The notes below the pieces were generated by a model. The model made no database searches, was not told the DNA's origin, and worked only from the letters and a program-made list of their open reading frames with translations. A DNA stretch of 55,315 nucleotides, taken from the NCBI RefSeq assembly GCF_000711695.1, contig NW_013547016.1, positions 310,001 to 365,315 of the forward strand, in the 5' to 3' direction. The translations under genes and the position numbers were made by a program. Origin of the DNA: Tilletiaria anomala UBC 951 (lineage: Eukaryota). Numbering within the stretch: the first letter of the stretch is position 1; the number at the start of each line of letters is the position of its first letter. Shown piece after piece: positions 25,952 through 37,816 of this stretch.

Positions 25952-27961
25952 GCAAGCCTCTTAAGCCTCAAGAGCCTCTGCTGCGGTACGCATTCGCAGC
26001 AACAGCAGCATGGTTATCTCCGATGGGCATCAAACGTCGTGTGCCACCACCCTAAATACCAGACCTGCTACCGCCCCGCCCTGCTCTGCGGGCTAGGGCG
26101 CCGCTCCGCTATACTCTCTCACCATGGGCTCCCTCTCTGCTTGTTTTCCCGGCCGTCAATTGCACGCCACGGCCACTGACCCTGGGCAACTGCCTGCCAC
26201 ACGCTCCCTTCCCCTCGTCTTTCCACGCCTTTCGATTTCTTTTATCCTGCAACTTTTATCGCACGATATTCACCTTCGACTTTGCCTCGGTCCTTGGGAC
26301 GCTGCGGCATCAAAGACAGTGCTGCGCTGTTTCGCATTCCTCCTGCCAAGCCGCGGCCCGACGCGCTTTTTCTTACACACCTTCTTCCCATCTATAGCTC
26401 TTTGCTTTGTGTTTGTGACTATCCCGTTCGAGATGAGGGCGGTGTGACATCGGGAATGCTTTAACTATTTGTGACATTACATGCGTAACTTGACGCTATG
26501 CTATCCCGATGTGGGCGTCCAGATGGACGGCTGTGCGTGTGTCCCACCATCCTGGTCAGATGGCCCTAAGCAAGGATGACTGACCTGCGATCGTTCCCAT
26601 AATAGAGTAACTACACGATCATGCAAATGATGGAAAACAACCCTTTCCCGCTGGATCGTTAGTCGTTACTGTCGGCTAGACTTGCGCGGCCGTCTTACTC
26701 AAAAAGGCTCTTTATTACTCATTCACGTAGCTTCTGATATCGCAGGGATATAATTTGAGTGATTCGTCACGGCTGCGCACGACCAGTGGCGGGCGAAGAA
26801 TGAGTAACGAGTCCCGGCATGGTCTTGCAGACAGCAAAAGTGGAGGGAGGGGATGGTGAGCAACGCATTCTGTACCACCAGCGGATCGTGCCAAGAAGTG
26901 GCGCCCATTCACGGACTTGCAATCGAGTTTTCGCGACCGGAGTGCGATATCGCGAGCAGCCCGCATTAGTCGCCGCGTCTAGTTAGTAGTTGGGGGCGAT
27001 AGTATTATTAGGTTACGCGAAGGCTCCGTCGACCGCGGGTGACTTTTGTGCGGGACTGCGAGTGCCAGCCAAACGAATGCAACCAGCACTGCAGGTCGCA
27101 TGTGTGGATATGGCGAGAGGTTCGACTCGCACGCTTCCAGATGCCGGCCTTGGAAGTTGCGTTGACAGGCGTTGGCTCTGGAGCGGGTGAGCATCAAACG
27201 CAAGTAAATGTATGCAGCCGAGCGCCTCCAGGCGCTGGGCGCGGCTCTCATCGACGTGCTGACGAATAGGGAGAAAAGAACAAAGGAGCAGCCCGCCGCG
27301 AACAACAAACCAGAAAGCTTTGGCGTGTGCGATGAGTGTTGTGCGTGAGCTGAAGCGCCGAGGACCGAGGCGTCACCGACCGGGGCTGTGTGGAGGGGAA
27401 GCGACAGCCATGGAAGCGACACGATACGGAGGAGCCGGTGTGGCGGAAGAAAGCGGCAGCGCGCGGCAGTGGCGTCGGTGACGCGTTACCACCGATTTGG
27501 CCCTCGTCGTGGTGGCCGGCCAAATCGACTTGGATGTTGCTTCTGCCTTCTATGCCCATCGACTGCCGAAACTTTTGATCGCATTCTGTATTTGTATCAG
27601 TTCCGTCCTGGGTACACGCTTGCGGACGCCTATCACCCTCCTCCCCTCGTTCCCTTTCGCGGCTTGGAGCTCGCTGCTGCTGGCGTTTGCTTCGCTCGCT
27701 TTGTCAAACGACCATTCTTGTGGAGCGGGTGGAAACCGACGTTGGAGGATAGGCGTGGCGGCGTGTTAAACATCAGCAGCTCGCCCCTTTTAGACCGCGT
27801 ATGCTCTTTAAGGAGAGAGTAACCAGCCGGGAGACGCTCCGCAGGCGGCAGGGAAGAACGACGCAACAAGCTGTTCGGAAGACTTTCCAGGCTTGTCATA
27901 TCCAGTGCTGAAGGATATATCTCACCGCTCGCCAATCGCAGGTTCGGATGCTGAGAAGCAA

Positions 27962-29936
27962 ATGGCGCCGCCTAGATACAACCGCCTGCATGGCGGCTCG
28001 GGTCCCTCGGCCGCAGGGAGCGGACGTTCCTTCCTTGAAGGACTTGCACGACGACCGCAACGCATCGTCCCACTCGCCCTCACCTTCTTCCTCGCGCTCA
28101 GCTTCGTCACATGGCTCAGCTTCACATCTACCGGCTCCGAAACGGCCAAGCAATGGGCCTCGAACGCCAAGTCGCAAGCTTCCGGTTGGATCTCCAGCGC
28201 GGGCGGCAAAGGGAAACAGCCGGAAAAGTACCAGGCAAGCGAGATCAGTCCCGCTGATGCTCTGTACACCTTCAAACCCGGCGATCCACCAGTGACCTAT
28301 GCCGAACTGGAGAAATGGGGCGAGAAGGGCGACGATGGCAACATCTACCCGCCGCAATTTATCCCTGCGCTCGCCAACAAGGCGCCGCGCGCGAAAGCGG
28401 GCTTCATCGTGCTTGTACGCAACTCCGAGCTCGAATCGATGCAGGCATCCATGCGCGAGGTCGAGGATCGCTTCAATCGCAAGTACGGCTACCCTTGGAT
28501 TTTCCTCAATGACGTGGACTTCACCGATGAGTTCAAAGCTGGTGTCAGGGCTTTGACGCGCTCCGAGATTCGTTTCGGCAAAGTCGAAAAGGAGCACTGG
28601 GGGTATCCGAGTTGGATCGATCAGAAGAAAGCGGCGGATACGAGGGAAAAGATGACGCTGAAGAAGGTTCTCTACGGCGGGTCCGAGTCGTATCGCCACA
28701 TGTGAGTATATCACTTCAATAGTTATCTCCTCTGTTACCACTCTGACCTTTGAATGCTTCCCTCAGGTGCCGTTTCCAGTCCGGTTTCTTTTATAGGCAT
28801 CCCCTCACCAAAGACCTCGACTACTACTGGAGAGTCGAGCCTGGCATCAAGCTGTTCTGTGATGTGAGCTCGATTTTTCTCAACAGTGGGAATATAGGAC
28901 AATTCCAAGTTGACCATTTCTTCTCTAAAATCTGTTCGGTAGCTCGACTACGATCCATTCTTGTTCATGCAGATGAACAACAAGGTGAGGCAATGTGTAA
29001 TGATCTCGCTCGCAGGTGGGTCGCCTTCGCTGATGCGCCTTCTCTACTTCTGTTGTATCCACACAGACATACGGCTTCACCATGGCTCTTCACGAGTATG
29101 TCGAAACAGTTCCTACGCTCTACAGCGCAACGAAGCAGTTCTTCGACCTGAACCCGCAGTACATGGCCAAAGATGCTTCGTGGCATTTCCTCACGGACGA
29201 GCCAGAGCGACATTTCGACGCCGGCTGGAATCTCTGTCACATGTGGTCCAACTTTGAGATTGGTGAGCATATTTCAGCCTTCGCGAGCACAGTACTTTTG
29301 CACTGAGGCTCGTAGTCACCGCAGCGATCGCTCACTGTTTCTCCTTCCCAATGCTGTATGTTCAGCCGACCTGCGTTTTTGGCGCTCCGAGGCGTACTCA
29401 AAGTACTTTGATCACCTCGACCAAGCCGGCGGGTTCTTTTATGAGCGATGGGGCGATGCGCCGGTACATTCCCTTGCTGTCTCCATCATGCTTGACCGTT
29501 CTAGACTGCATCACTTCAACGACATCGGCTACACCCACGTCCCCTTCAGTCACTGTCCTGTGAACGTGCGTACATGCATTCCTGAGCGTAGCCCTGCTTT
29601 CATAAGGGATGTCCGCTGATTCGTACTTCGTCTCGTCTCGGCAATGTCTTTTCCGGGTCTCCAGAGGAAGAAGTATCACGACAATGGCAAATGCAATTGC
29701 AAGCCTGAAAACTCTTTCGACGAGCATCCGTACTCATGCTTAAAGGTGAGCGTCGACCCGTATCCCAGGTTCCCAGAGCGGAGATACGGTAGAGAGCACT
29801 GACGCTGTACATCTTCTACCGTCCGCAGGAATGGTGGCGAACGGCGAAAGAAGGCAAGCCAAAGCGAAGCAGCGCGATAGAAGAGAGAAACGAGAAGCTC
29901 CGCAGTCTAGGTGCAGGGGCGCTTGTCGACGCCTGA
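27962..29936 (+). CDS. KRE2/KTR/MNT1-family alpha-1,2-mannosyltransferase (GT15); multi-exon type II membrane protein
   Basis: N-terminal TM, then [64 protein letters not shown] and [15 protein letters not shown]. The last exon is 29829-29936. Confidence 0.93.
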
Positions 29937-30359
29937 TGATCCTTATATCGTAGCAATCTCGATGGGCATGATCGACAGCGAGGCTAGCGCCAGACGCCAA
30001 GCAAGGACAATGCTCATCCACACGCACACCCGCAAATACATGCACACCATACTCCGCGCATGCAACGCATCCGTCCACTACTAATGCAAATGCCCCATCC
30101 CACCTGTAGCATACGAGCGCACTGCACACTCGCCTCCCAATATTTTACTGCACAACATTTCTGACACTGCAGCAGCTCTACAACAATGATGATTGCAAAT
30201 AATATGTTGGGATACATGTGAAACTGTGTTTTTGACTGTGGACGACTTTCCCTGCTCTTGCTGTGCCGATGCGTGTGGGGTGCGGCGCCGAGCGCAGACA
30301 TCAAGACAGTCTGCACGGACAGCTCCGCCAACAATTTTGCTTTTGCCGTACAGACCACA

Positions 30360-32481
30360 TCACCACTCGAGGCGATTGTCGGAGACGAGGCTGACGTCTG
30401 CTCTGTCGTCTCCTTTCCACACCCTCCCCGCGGAATTGCAGCTTGCAACCGCGTCGCGTAATTCGCTGATCATGCCGCCGGGACCGCTTGCGAACACAGT
30501 CGTTGGCCCACATGCGGTGCTGTCGACAAAGTTGGTGACAACAGCATGCAGGTCTGGGCGCCGGAGCAAGTACGGTGCCTCAGGGCCTCCTTCTTCGCCC
30601 TCTGCGGTGGCTGCAGCTGCATCTGCGGCATCAGGGGCGAGGTCAAGCGGGGCGGGATCCTCATCGCACTTGCTGCAGTCAATGGTGCCTTGGCCTTTCT
30701 CCACACTTGACGAAGTCGCAGATCGCAGCACGCGAGCACGGTCGACCCCACGCGTCACGTAGACCTCGATGCTGATGCACTTTCCCGCAATAGCGCGTAG
30801 CGCATCGAGCTCTTCTTCGACCCATAGCACGTCCTGCTTCCTGCGTATGGCCCAGACGAGAGCGACGGAGATGCTGCATGGCCGCGGTCCTTGAAATGCG
30901 TCGAGGTGAGCAAGATGCCAAAGGACAGGGAGGACAAAGGTGATGCCGGTACCGCCTGCGACACAGAGGATGTTCGTGTTGCTGCCTTGCATGTATGCCG
31001 GAAGCAAGTCGTCAACGATGGATTGCCCGTATGGTCCGGTGAGGATAACGGCCGTGGTGGTCGTCATGAGCTTCTTCGCATTTTTTGATTCAGAATCTAT
31101 GCTAGCATTGGACTCGGGGATGTTACCAGCAGCAGTACCAGCGGCAGCCCCCAGCTTGTTGGCGATTTTGTGCGTTTCACCTTGCTTGGCACGGAAGATG
31201 TACGAATGGCGGGTAGTCCCTTTTGAAAGGATGGGATAGGAGATCGGGGTAAAAGGGTGCGACTGCCAAATGCTCCCTTCCGTGAAGGTTAGGTAGAAGT
31301 GCTGTCCAACTTTCCAGGGCTGGTGGGGGTGCTCAAAGTCGAGCCTCACCACGTCGCCGTTCGGGCTATCTGGAAAGAGCCTAGCGCGCGCCTGTGCGGC
31401 CCTGAAGCCGCTGGCGCCTTGAGGTGTCACGTAGTTGTAGTGCAACAGCGCTGTGCGCACGAAACGAGCGCTGCGGTCAATGAACCACAGGATGAGTGAA
31501 GGAAGCAGGAAGCAGCTCAGCTGGTCCCAATGGCCATAGCAAGCGCCAATGTAGACCATGGCGAGGACGTAGTGGGCTTTGCGGAAAAATTCGTAGCCTG
31601 TATAGCGGATGGCGGTCTGCGTGCTGAGTGCCCAAAGCAGAAGGAGGAGAATCATGGCGACGACTCCCCAGACCATATACGTCTGCTTGATCCAGGCTTG
31701 TGCCGTAGAAGGCTGTGGCTGGTAGAGACGAATCTCGACGATGGACCATCCAATCGTGTGGAGCGCAGCCTGCATGAGGATGATATACCCGAGCCATCGA
31801 TGCAGAAAGATGAAGTGATGGTGTGGTATGCCGGTGATGATGGACAAGATCGACTCGCGCGAGGAGAAGAGGACCGATAGTGGCGTCATTGCATAGGCCA
31901 GGACGCCGACTCGATCTGCGAAGGGGCCGAGACTTGTGCGTGTGTTGTATAGGCCAGGCTTGTTCTTTACGGGTGTCACCCATGTTTTAAATGGGTAACC
32001 CAAGAAGCTGCATGATGCAAGAGCTGGGTGAGTCTTGGGTCGTGCAAACCATCAGAAAGGCTGACACTCACGTCCACAGCAGTAGGTACGCAGCCATCAC
32101 GGCAAGAATCGTGACCTGCAAGCGAGTCGTTCGACCAAATACGATGCGCACACCCTCGGGCAAGAAAATTCTTCTTAGCCCTGCGGCTATTGCACGCTTG
32201 CCTCTGGCGATGGAGCTGCCTCTGCGAGCGACAGGCGCGGCGTTGGCACGGACGACGTGAATGAAGCCAAGCACGAGAAGCACGAGGCCGATGGTACCCC
32301 ATATGGCCGCCGTGTATATCATCCCGGCGTCGTGTGCATTGTAAACGGCATCGAGGTAGGCGCAAGAGCCGGCATCGTTGGTGCACGGCACGGCGCGGTC
32401 CGCATACCCCCAGTGGTGCTCGAGACTGCTCGCGTCGCTGAGGTTCTGGATGTGCCGCGGAAACAATGCCGAGCCGCCCAT
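30360..32481 (-). CDS. Ferric/cupric reductase (FRE/NOX-family transmembrane component); 2 exons
   Basis: Heme-ligand His in FLHRWLG, ALHTIGW and FFRKAHYVL..CYGH, FAD motif HPFT, GPYG, NADPH motif VAGGTGITF, and SGPGGM. One intron at about 32071-32010. Confidence 0.92.
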
Positions 32482-32872
32482 CTTTCCTAGCTTTTCCCGT
32501 GCGCGTCGGGGACATGCAAGGGATGACTCGATTCGCGGCCTTCTCAATACCTGCTTGTCTTATAAACAGATGTATGATCATGGTCTTGCACGCCGTGTGG
32601 CACACTGGTGTATTTGTTCCTTCACACCTCGGCACCTTTTCGTGATGGTTTTTGCTCGGATGCTTTTTGTGAACCATGAAGGGTTTCTTGGCGTCAAGTG
32701 AAAGCATTACCTAAGCAAAGTATTATGTAATATCAAATAGCATCCTAATTCGCATTGCTGTTTGATCTAAGACGGTGGCAAAGCTGCTCAACAAACCTGC
32801 ACCATGTCATGCTGTCGCGCCACAGTTGAAGCGCCAAGGCCGTGGCCGCATACAGGGTAATAGATCATCAAC

Positions 32873-35857
32873 ATGTCCTCGTCTCCTTCGTCCTCAAGCC
32901 GGCGTCCCTCCCCATGGGCGGCTGTGAGACCTGCGACTGGCGGCGCGACCTGGCCATTGGAGACGCTACCCCTGTCGTCGTCGAGCGGCGCCGGCGATGA
33001 GCTTTCCAGATGGCCCAGCACGAATCCGTCACTCGATCCTTTTCCATCCCTGGCGGTTGCGCTAAGCAGCAGCCTGTCTCGACAGCATAACTCCAAGTCT
33101 GCGAAGAAACGCGCAAGAGCAAGCGCCATTTCCAGTGGCGCAACCACCCCTTTCTCTTTTGGGCCTGGCGCGAATGCGAGCGCAGGTGCCAGCAGGGACT
33201 TTGACCCGTATCCTTCGAGGCAGTCAGAGATCAATCGGCGCGCCATGGAACAGCATTGGAATGCAGCTGATAACCACGGCGCATGCGATGGCGGAAAAGG
33301 GTCACAGCGACCACAACTGCATTTTGGTCATGACGTAGTGACCGAGACGCAAGGTGCTGACTCGGATATGGTCTCCACGTCTTGCCGCCCGCAGGCGTAC
33401 GGTGTGTCGAGAGTTTCCTTTCGCACGCAGTCACAGGCTCGCGCACATTCGAGCAGTCGGCGAGGAAAGCTGCGGCAAGTCAAGCGGTCCGGCCAAATGC
33501 TTGAAGAATCGCTGGACCAACCGCAAACCGAGACGCTCGCCTCTGCGTCATTTGTGAGCGTTTGCGCCCCGAGCTTCGTTGCCGAGCTGAGAGCTCTGGC
33601 TGGAGCCAATAAAAATTCAATACAGCAGGAATATCCACATCTTCCACTCGTTAATGCCTCCATACCACCGGACGTCAGACTCGGGCGCGCCTACAACGCG
33701 GTGCTCGCTCTGATTGCTGTAAGCCAGAGTGACTCCACTCCGGCTTCCGCTACTAGCTCGTCCTCCTCGCTAGATGCAATCGTGGGGAGTTATGGAAGCT
33801 TACGCGCAGCTTGCTATGACCTCTTCGGCACACCCGACAGCATCCTAGCCAACTTTAGCGCTATTCGTAACTTTCAATCTCAACACCCTTCCGTCTCTTT
33901 CTCGGCGCAAGCGGATGCAGGAGTATCCGTCGCACATGAAAAGTTGTCTGCACGAACTATTATGCGGCTCGCCAACATGGCGGACAGAAAGGCGCGCGGT
34001 ACGGGGAGAGAAGCATTGCAGGTATGCTTATCAGAGATGGACACGACGCCGGTACGTGACCAGTCTGCTTCGCATCAACGCGCTCGCACAGTGGCTCTGC
34101 TGCTGATAAGCAAGGTAAGCCTGCCGACCAATACTTAAAGCTTTATGCCCTTAAGCTGAAGGCTCATTCTTCGCTTCTCGTACATTTAGCTGGAAGCAGC
34201 ACTCCGTACATCGTCAGGAGCAGATATAGCAGATGGAGAACATGCCGTGTCACGCACTCTCCATCATCTGCTGGCTCGCGACTTGCGCCCTTCGTCTCTC
34301 ATGTGGCTTCGCCATGCAAGCGAGTCATATTCAGACGACTTGGCCACTGCCACATTGCAATACACGCTCAGTGCGCTGCAAAAGATGCTAATGCAGAGCT
34401 TGGAAGGCACGACTGACGGTAGTCCGCGAGAAGTTGAGCGGCTTCTAGATCAAATGAATTGCATGCGGATCCTCGAGACATTTTTCGCTGCCAGCACCAA
34501 TGTGCGCTCTTATGCAGAGAGAGGAGCGTATCCATGGCCTCTTTCGGATTTCTACTCTTCTGCTTTAGATCTGCATGCTGATCGCATTGTGGACGCGCAG
34601 CAGCAACATTCGGGTGACAAGCTTGGTCAGCTGCAAGGACTATTGCGACGCTTTCCGTTCCTCTTGTCGATTGGCATCAAGCAGCGGATCATGCGTGCCG
34701 GTGCACTGGCAAGCATGCAGGCTGCAAGGCACCAGCACACCATCTTGAAGGCCATACGGCAGTCGCGCTACGTCGTTCCAGACATTAACGAGGAAGGCGA
34801 AGGCGAAGATATGGGCGAAAGGCTGAAGATCTCTGTCCGCCGTCAACATTTGCTTGACGACAGCATAGAGCAGCTTTTGTTGGCGCTTGACGACGATCGT
34901 CTTTTGCTGCCCTTGCAGGTACACTGGGTGGGTGAGGAGGCAGTCGATGGTGGAGGTCCAAGGAGGGAATGGCTGCACGCTCTCATCAATTGCACGCTCG
35001 CCGAGGGCTTGCACCTGCATGCAATGTCTGAGCAGCTATCAATCACGCTTGGCGTTGCCCTCGGCCTATCGGTATATCACGAGCTACCCGTGCCGGCATT
35101 GCTTCCCCATCAAATTTGCAGACTATTGATGCATCCGGACGCCACCAACATCCCCTTGCCGCTCCAATCACTGGATGCCAGCCACCCCGAATTGGCCGCT
35201 ACATTAGCGATGCTGCTGCATGCGCCTTCTTCAGATCTATGCAAGATGGAGGCGGACGGCGAGCTCAATGTGATCGAGGATACGATGCGTCAGGCGGCGC
35301 TATTCGGCGAAGAATTGCTTTCTGCCTTGGCGTTTGGCTTTCAAAGAGTGTGTCGTGGCGTCCACGTCGAGCTGCTTCATCCTGCGGAGCTGCGGAGTGT
35401 CATTACAGGCATACCGATTCGGTCCAGCTTATCTAGCCTAGCCACGGACACAGACCACAGACACACCCTGGATGCTGCTACGATCAACAGTCTCCGCGTC
35501 GTCACGAAGCATCAAGGCTTCACCGTAGAAGACGAAACTCTCAAGCAGGGTTTTTGGCGCCTGTGGGCAGAAGATCTAACGGGTCCGCAACGCAATAAGC
35601 TGCTCGCTTTCATCACCGGCTCGCCACGCCTGCCTCTTGGCTGGGAGCGGCTTGCGATCTCTCAAAGCGGGCAAGAACAGAGACAAAGTGGTCATTTGCT
35701 CTGCATAAAACTGGTCGACGAACCGGCTTTTCGCGCTTTTGTGCCGTGGTCTAGCACGTGTACGATGACGCTATTCCTCCCTCGCATGCGCGTCGAGGAA
35801 CTGCCTGGCCGGCTTAACGCTGCACTCGCTCACGCTGATGGGTTTGGTCTCAAGTAG
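32873..35857 (+). CDS. Divergent HECT-type E3 ubiquitin ligase; 2 exons (intron about 34114-34189)
   Basis: FPFLLSIGIK, LKISVRRQHLLDDS, VGEEAVDGGGPRREW, NKLLAFITGSPRLP, catalytic-Cys motif PWSSTCTMTLFLP and C-terminal GFGLK. Confidence 0.85.
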
Positions 35858-35919
35858 TATCTTTGAAGACTGTGCTCTGACAGCGGTTATGAGGTTATAA
35901 TCTAACTCGTCTCTTTGTA

Positions 35920-36975
35920 GCTCGGATTGGTAGAAAGAGCACAAGTATCTGGAGTCGGCTTGTCCATGAGTTCGATTGCTCCTTCGTGGTGAGGAATGGC
36001 ATTATCTCCCAGGAATAACCTACTAGCTTCTCTTTCCTGTTCCTTCCCATTAATCTGCGTGAAATGGATGGTGGTTAGCTGCTCGATTTCGTCGATGACT
36101 CGCTAAGCTGCAATCGTAAGAACTCCTTGCTGCGTGTAATTCATCGCAGCCAGTCGCGCGATGGTCTTGACCGCCGGATGATCACCTGAGTACGGTGGGG
36201 ATGCTTTCGGTTCGGCGATTAAATTGCTAGCCAAAAGATAGGTTCCAAAAGCTCCCGATCCGACCCTGAAGACACAGATGCCAAAGGGCTTGAGTCTGGT
36301 TCATGGACCTCAGTTGATCAAGTTGTCAGGCATTCGAAACAAATTCCATGGTGCAATGTGGAGAAGTGACGAGCACGCTCTCGGGATGTAGGCCCTCATA
36401 CCAGCCTTCAAAGGAAAAACCTTTCGCAATGTACACCGAGTTCCCAGGTGCTACCAAGGCACCGGTGATTCCGTAAATGTTGATACTGTACTTGTTTGTA
36501 ACATTACAATTCTCGCAACAGCAGCAACACGAAAAGAGTGAGATCCACAACGCCTTCATCAAGCAGCGAAGGACTCAGCACCCAGTGATTGAATCCCATT
36601 TCTGGAACACTGTGCACTGAAAAAATACATTGACCATGAACATGTCTCACAGGTCACTGTTGGTCGTATCTTCGAAAGCGGCGTCGCTGCTGAATCCCGC
36701 ATTTTTGATCAGGCATCAAACCCGCCGAGTTTGTCATTTGCAAATGCGACGGCAGACTTGCGGCTCTTATAGTCTGTCACATCGAGCCTAGTCCAGACGC
36801 CGCCAGCGTCTGTGATACTTTTGACGTCGGCGTTGCTAGTAGGATCAGGATTCTGAGCATTATCAATGACCCCGTGACCTCTCGAGAGCTACTCGTGGCA
36901 CAGCCCAGCCCCTAAACCTGCACTACAGCCCGCGATGAGATAGACTTGTGAGGCGGAAATGGTAGCTTGGAGAAA
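35920..36975 (-). pseudogene. Short-chain dehydrogenase/reductase pseudogene, near full-length (boundaries approximate)
   Basis: Manual translation gives QVYLIAGCSAGLGAGLCHE*LSRGHGV..WTRLDVTD..GGFDA, with an in-frame TAG at 36889-36891 and a frameshift near the NNAG-like motif. Further down are a decayed YxxxK region (PGNSVYIAKGFSFEGWYEGL) and VGSGAFGT. Confidence 0.75.
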
Positions 36976-37059
36976 GACTAAATGCGGTCCGAAGACTCCA
37001 CTCCGCCCACTGCCCTAGGATCAATCTGCTCTCCTTCCGACTCTTTCACTCTGAATTGG

Positions 37060-37341
37060 TTACGAAAAGTCAATGTAACCGTCGTTCTCGTTTGTGAATT
37101 CGAGGGCGGCAGCACAGCTAGCCTGGCTTGTGACGTCCAGCTTTGTCCAGAGTAACCCATCCTCAGGAATTTTCCTGACGTACGGATGGATAGCATTAGG
37201 GCTGCGAGACGTTGCATCGACCTTGTGGCCACCCCGTAGCGCCTCGAGGCAGAACTCGGAACGCAGACCTGGACTGCAGCCAGAAATGAGGTAGATCTCC
37301 GAAGCCGAAACGGTGAGCGAGGGGAAAAATGCGACGCTCAT
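37060..37341 (-). pseudogene. Second, truncated SDR copy (Rossmann N-terminus only)
   Basis: EIYLISGCSPGLRSEFCLEALRGGHKVDATSR..WTKLDVTS..DGYID aligns with the adjacent copy. The glycine-rich motif is mutated and the ORF stops early. Confidence 0.7.
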
Positions 37342-37816
37342 TGGGAAGCGCAGATGTTTGGAGATTTAGGTTGATACACGCGGAAGGTAGCACGGACATG
37401 ACCAAAAAGAAATGGAGCAGGGTACAGCATTTTGCGTGTGACAGTGTATCAGCGATTAAATACTACCTCAGACATGCTTCTTGAATGCAACTTGCAGGAT
37501 GATTGATGAGTTAGTTGCACCGAATGAGCCCGGCCCAGCAACGTGAAAGAAATCTCGCAGTCGCCATTTTCATCGCCCGAACGCCGAGCGTCGGGGTGGA
37601 AGAGAGACGTTCCTGTTCTGCCAATCAGAAACAATGAGCCGGTGACTGAGAGCTAGCCAATGAAGAGAGGAGCAAGCCTTTAATGCATATCTAGTGATTG
37701 GTGATTGGACAATATTGTGAACTGATACCTACCAAGTCGCATGGTCGAGTGAACATAAGCGCAGCGGCATGCGCAGCCTTTGACAACTGCCAATCTATTC
37801 GAGCGTAGCGAGCTAG

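Noticed and set aside
27100..27140. GGTTCGACTC T-loop/B-box-like motif
   Set aside because: No cloverleaf stems could be built around it, so it is not called a tRNA.
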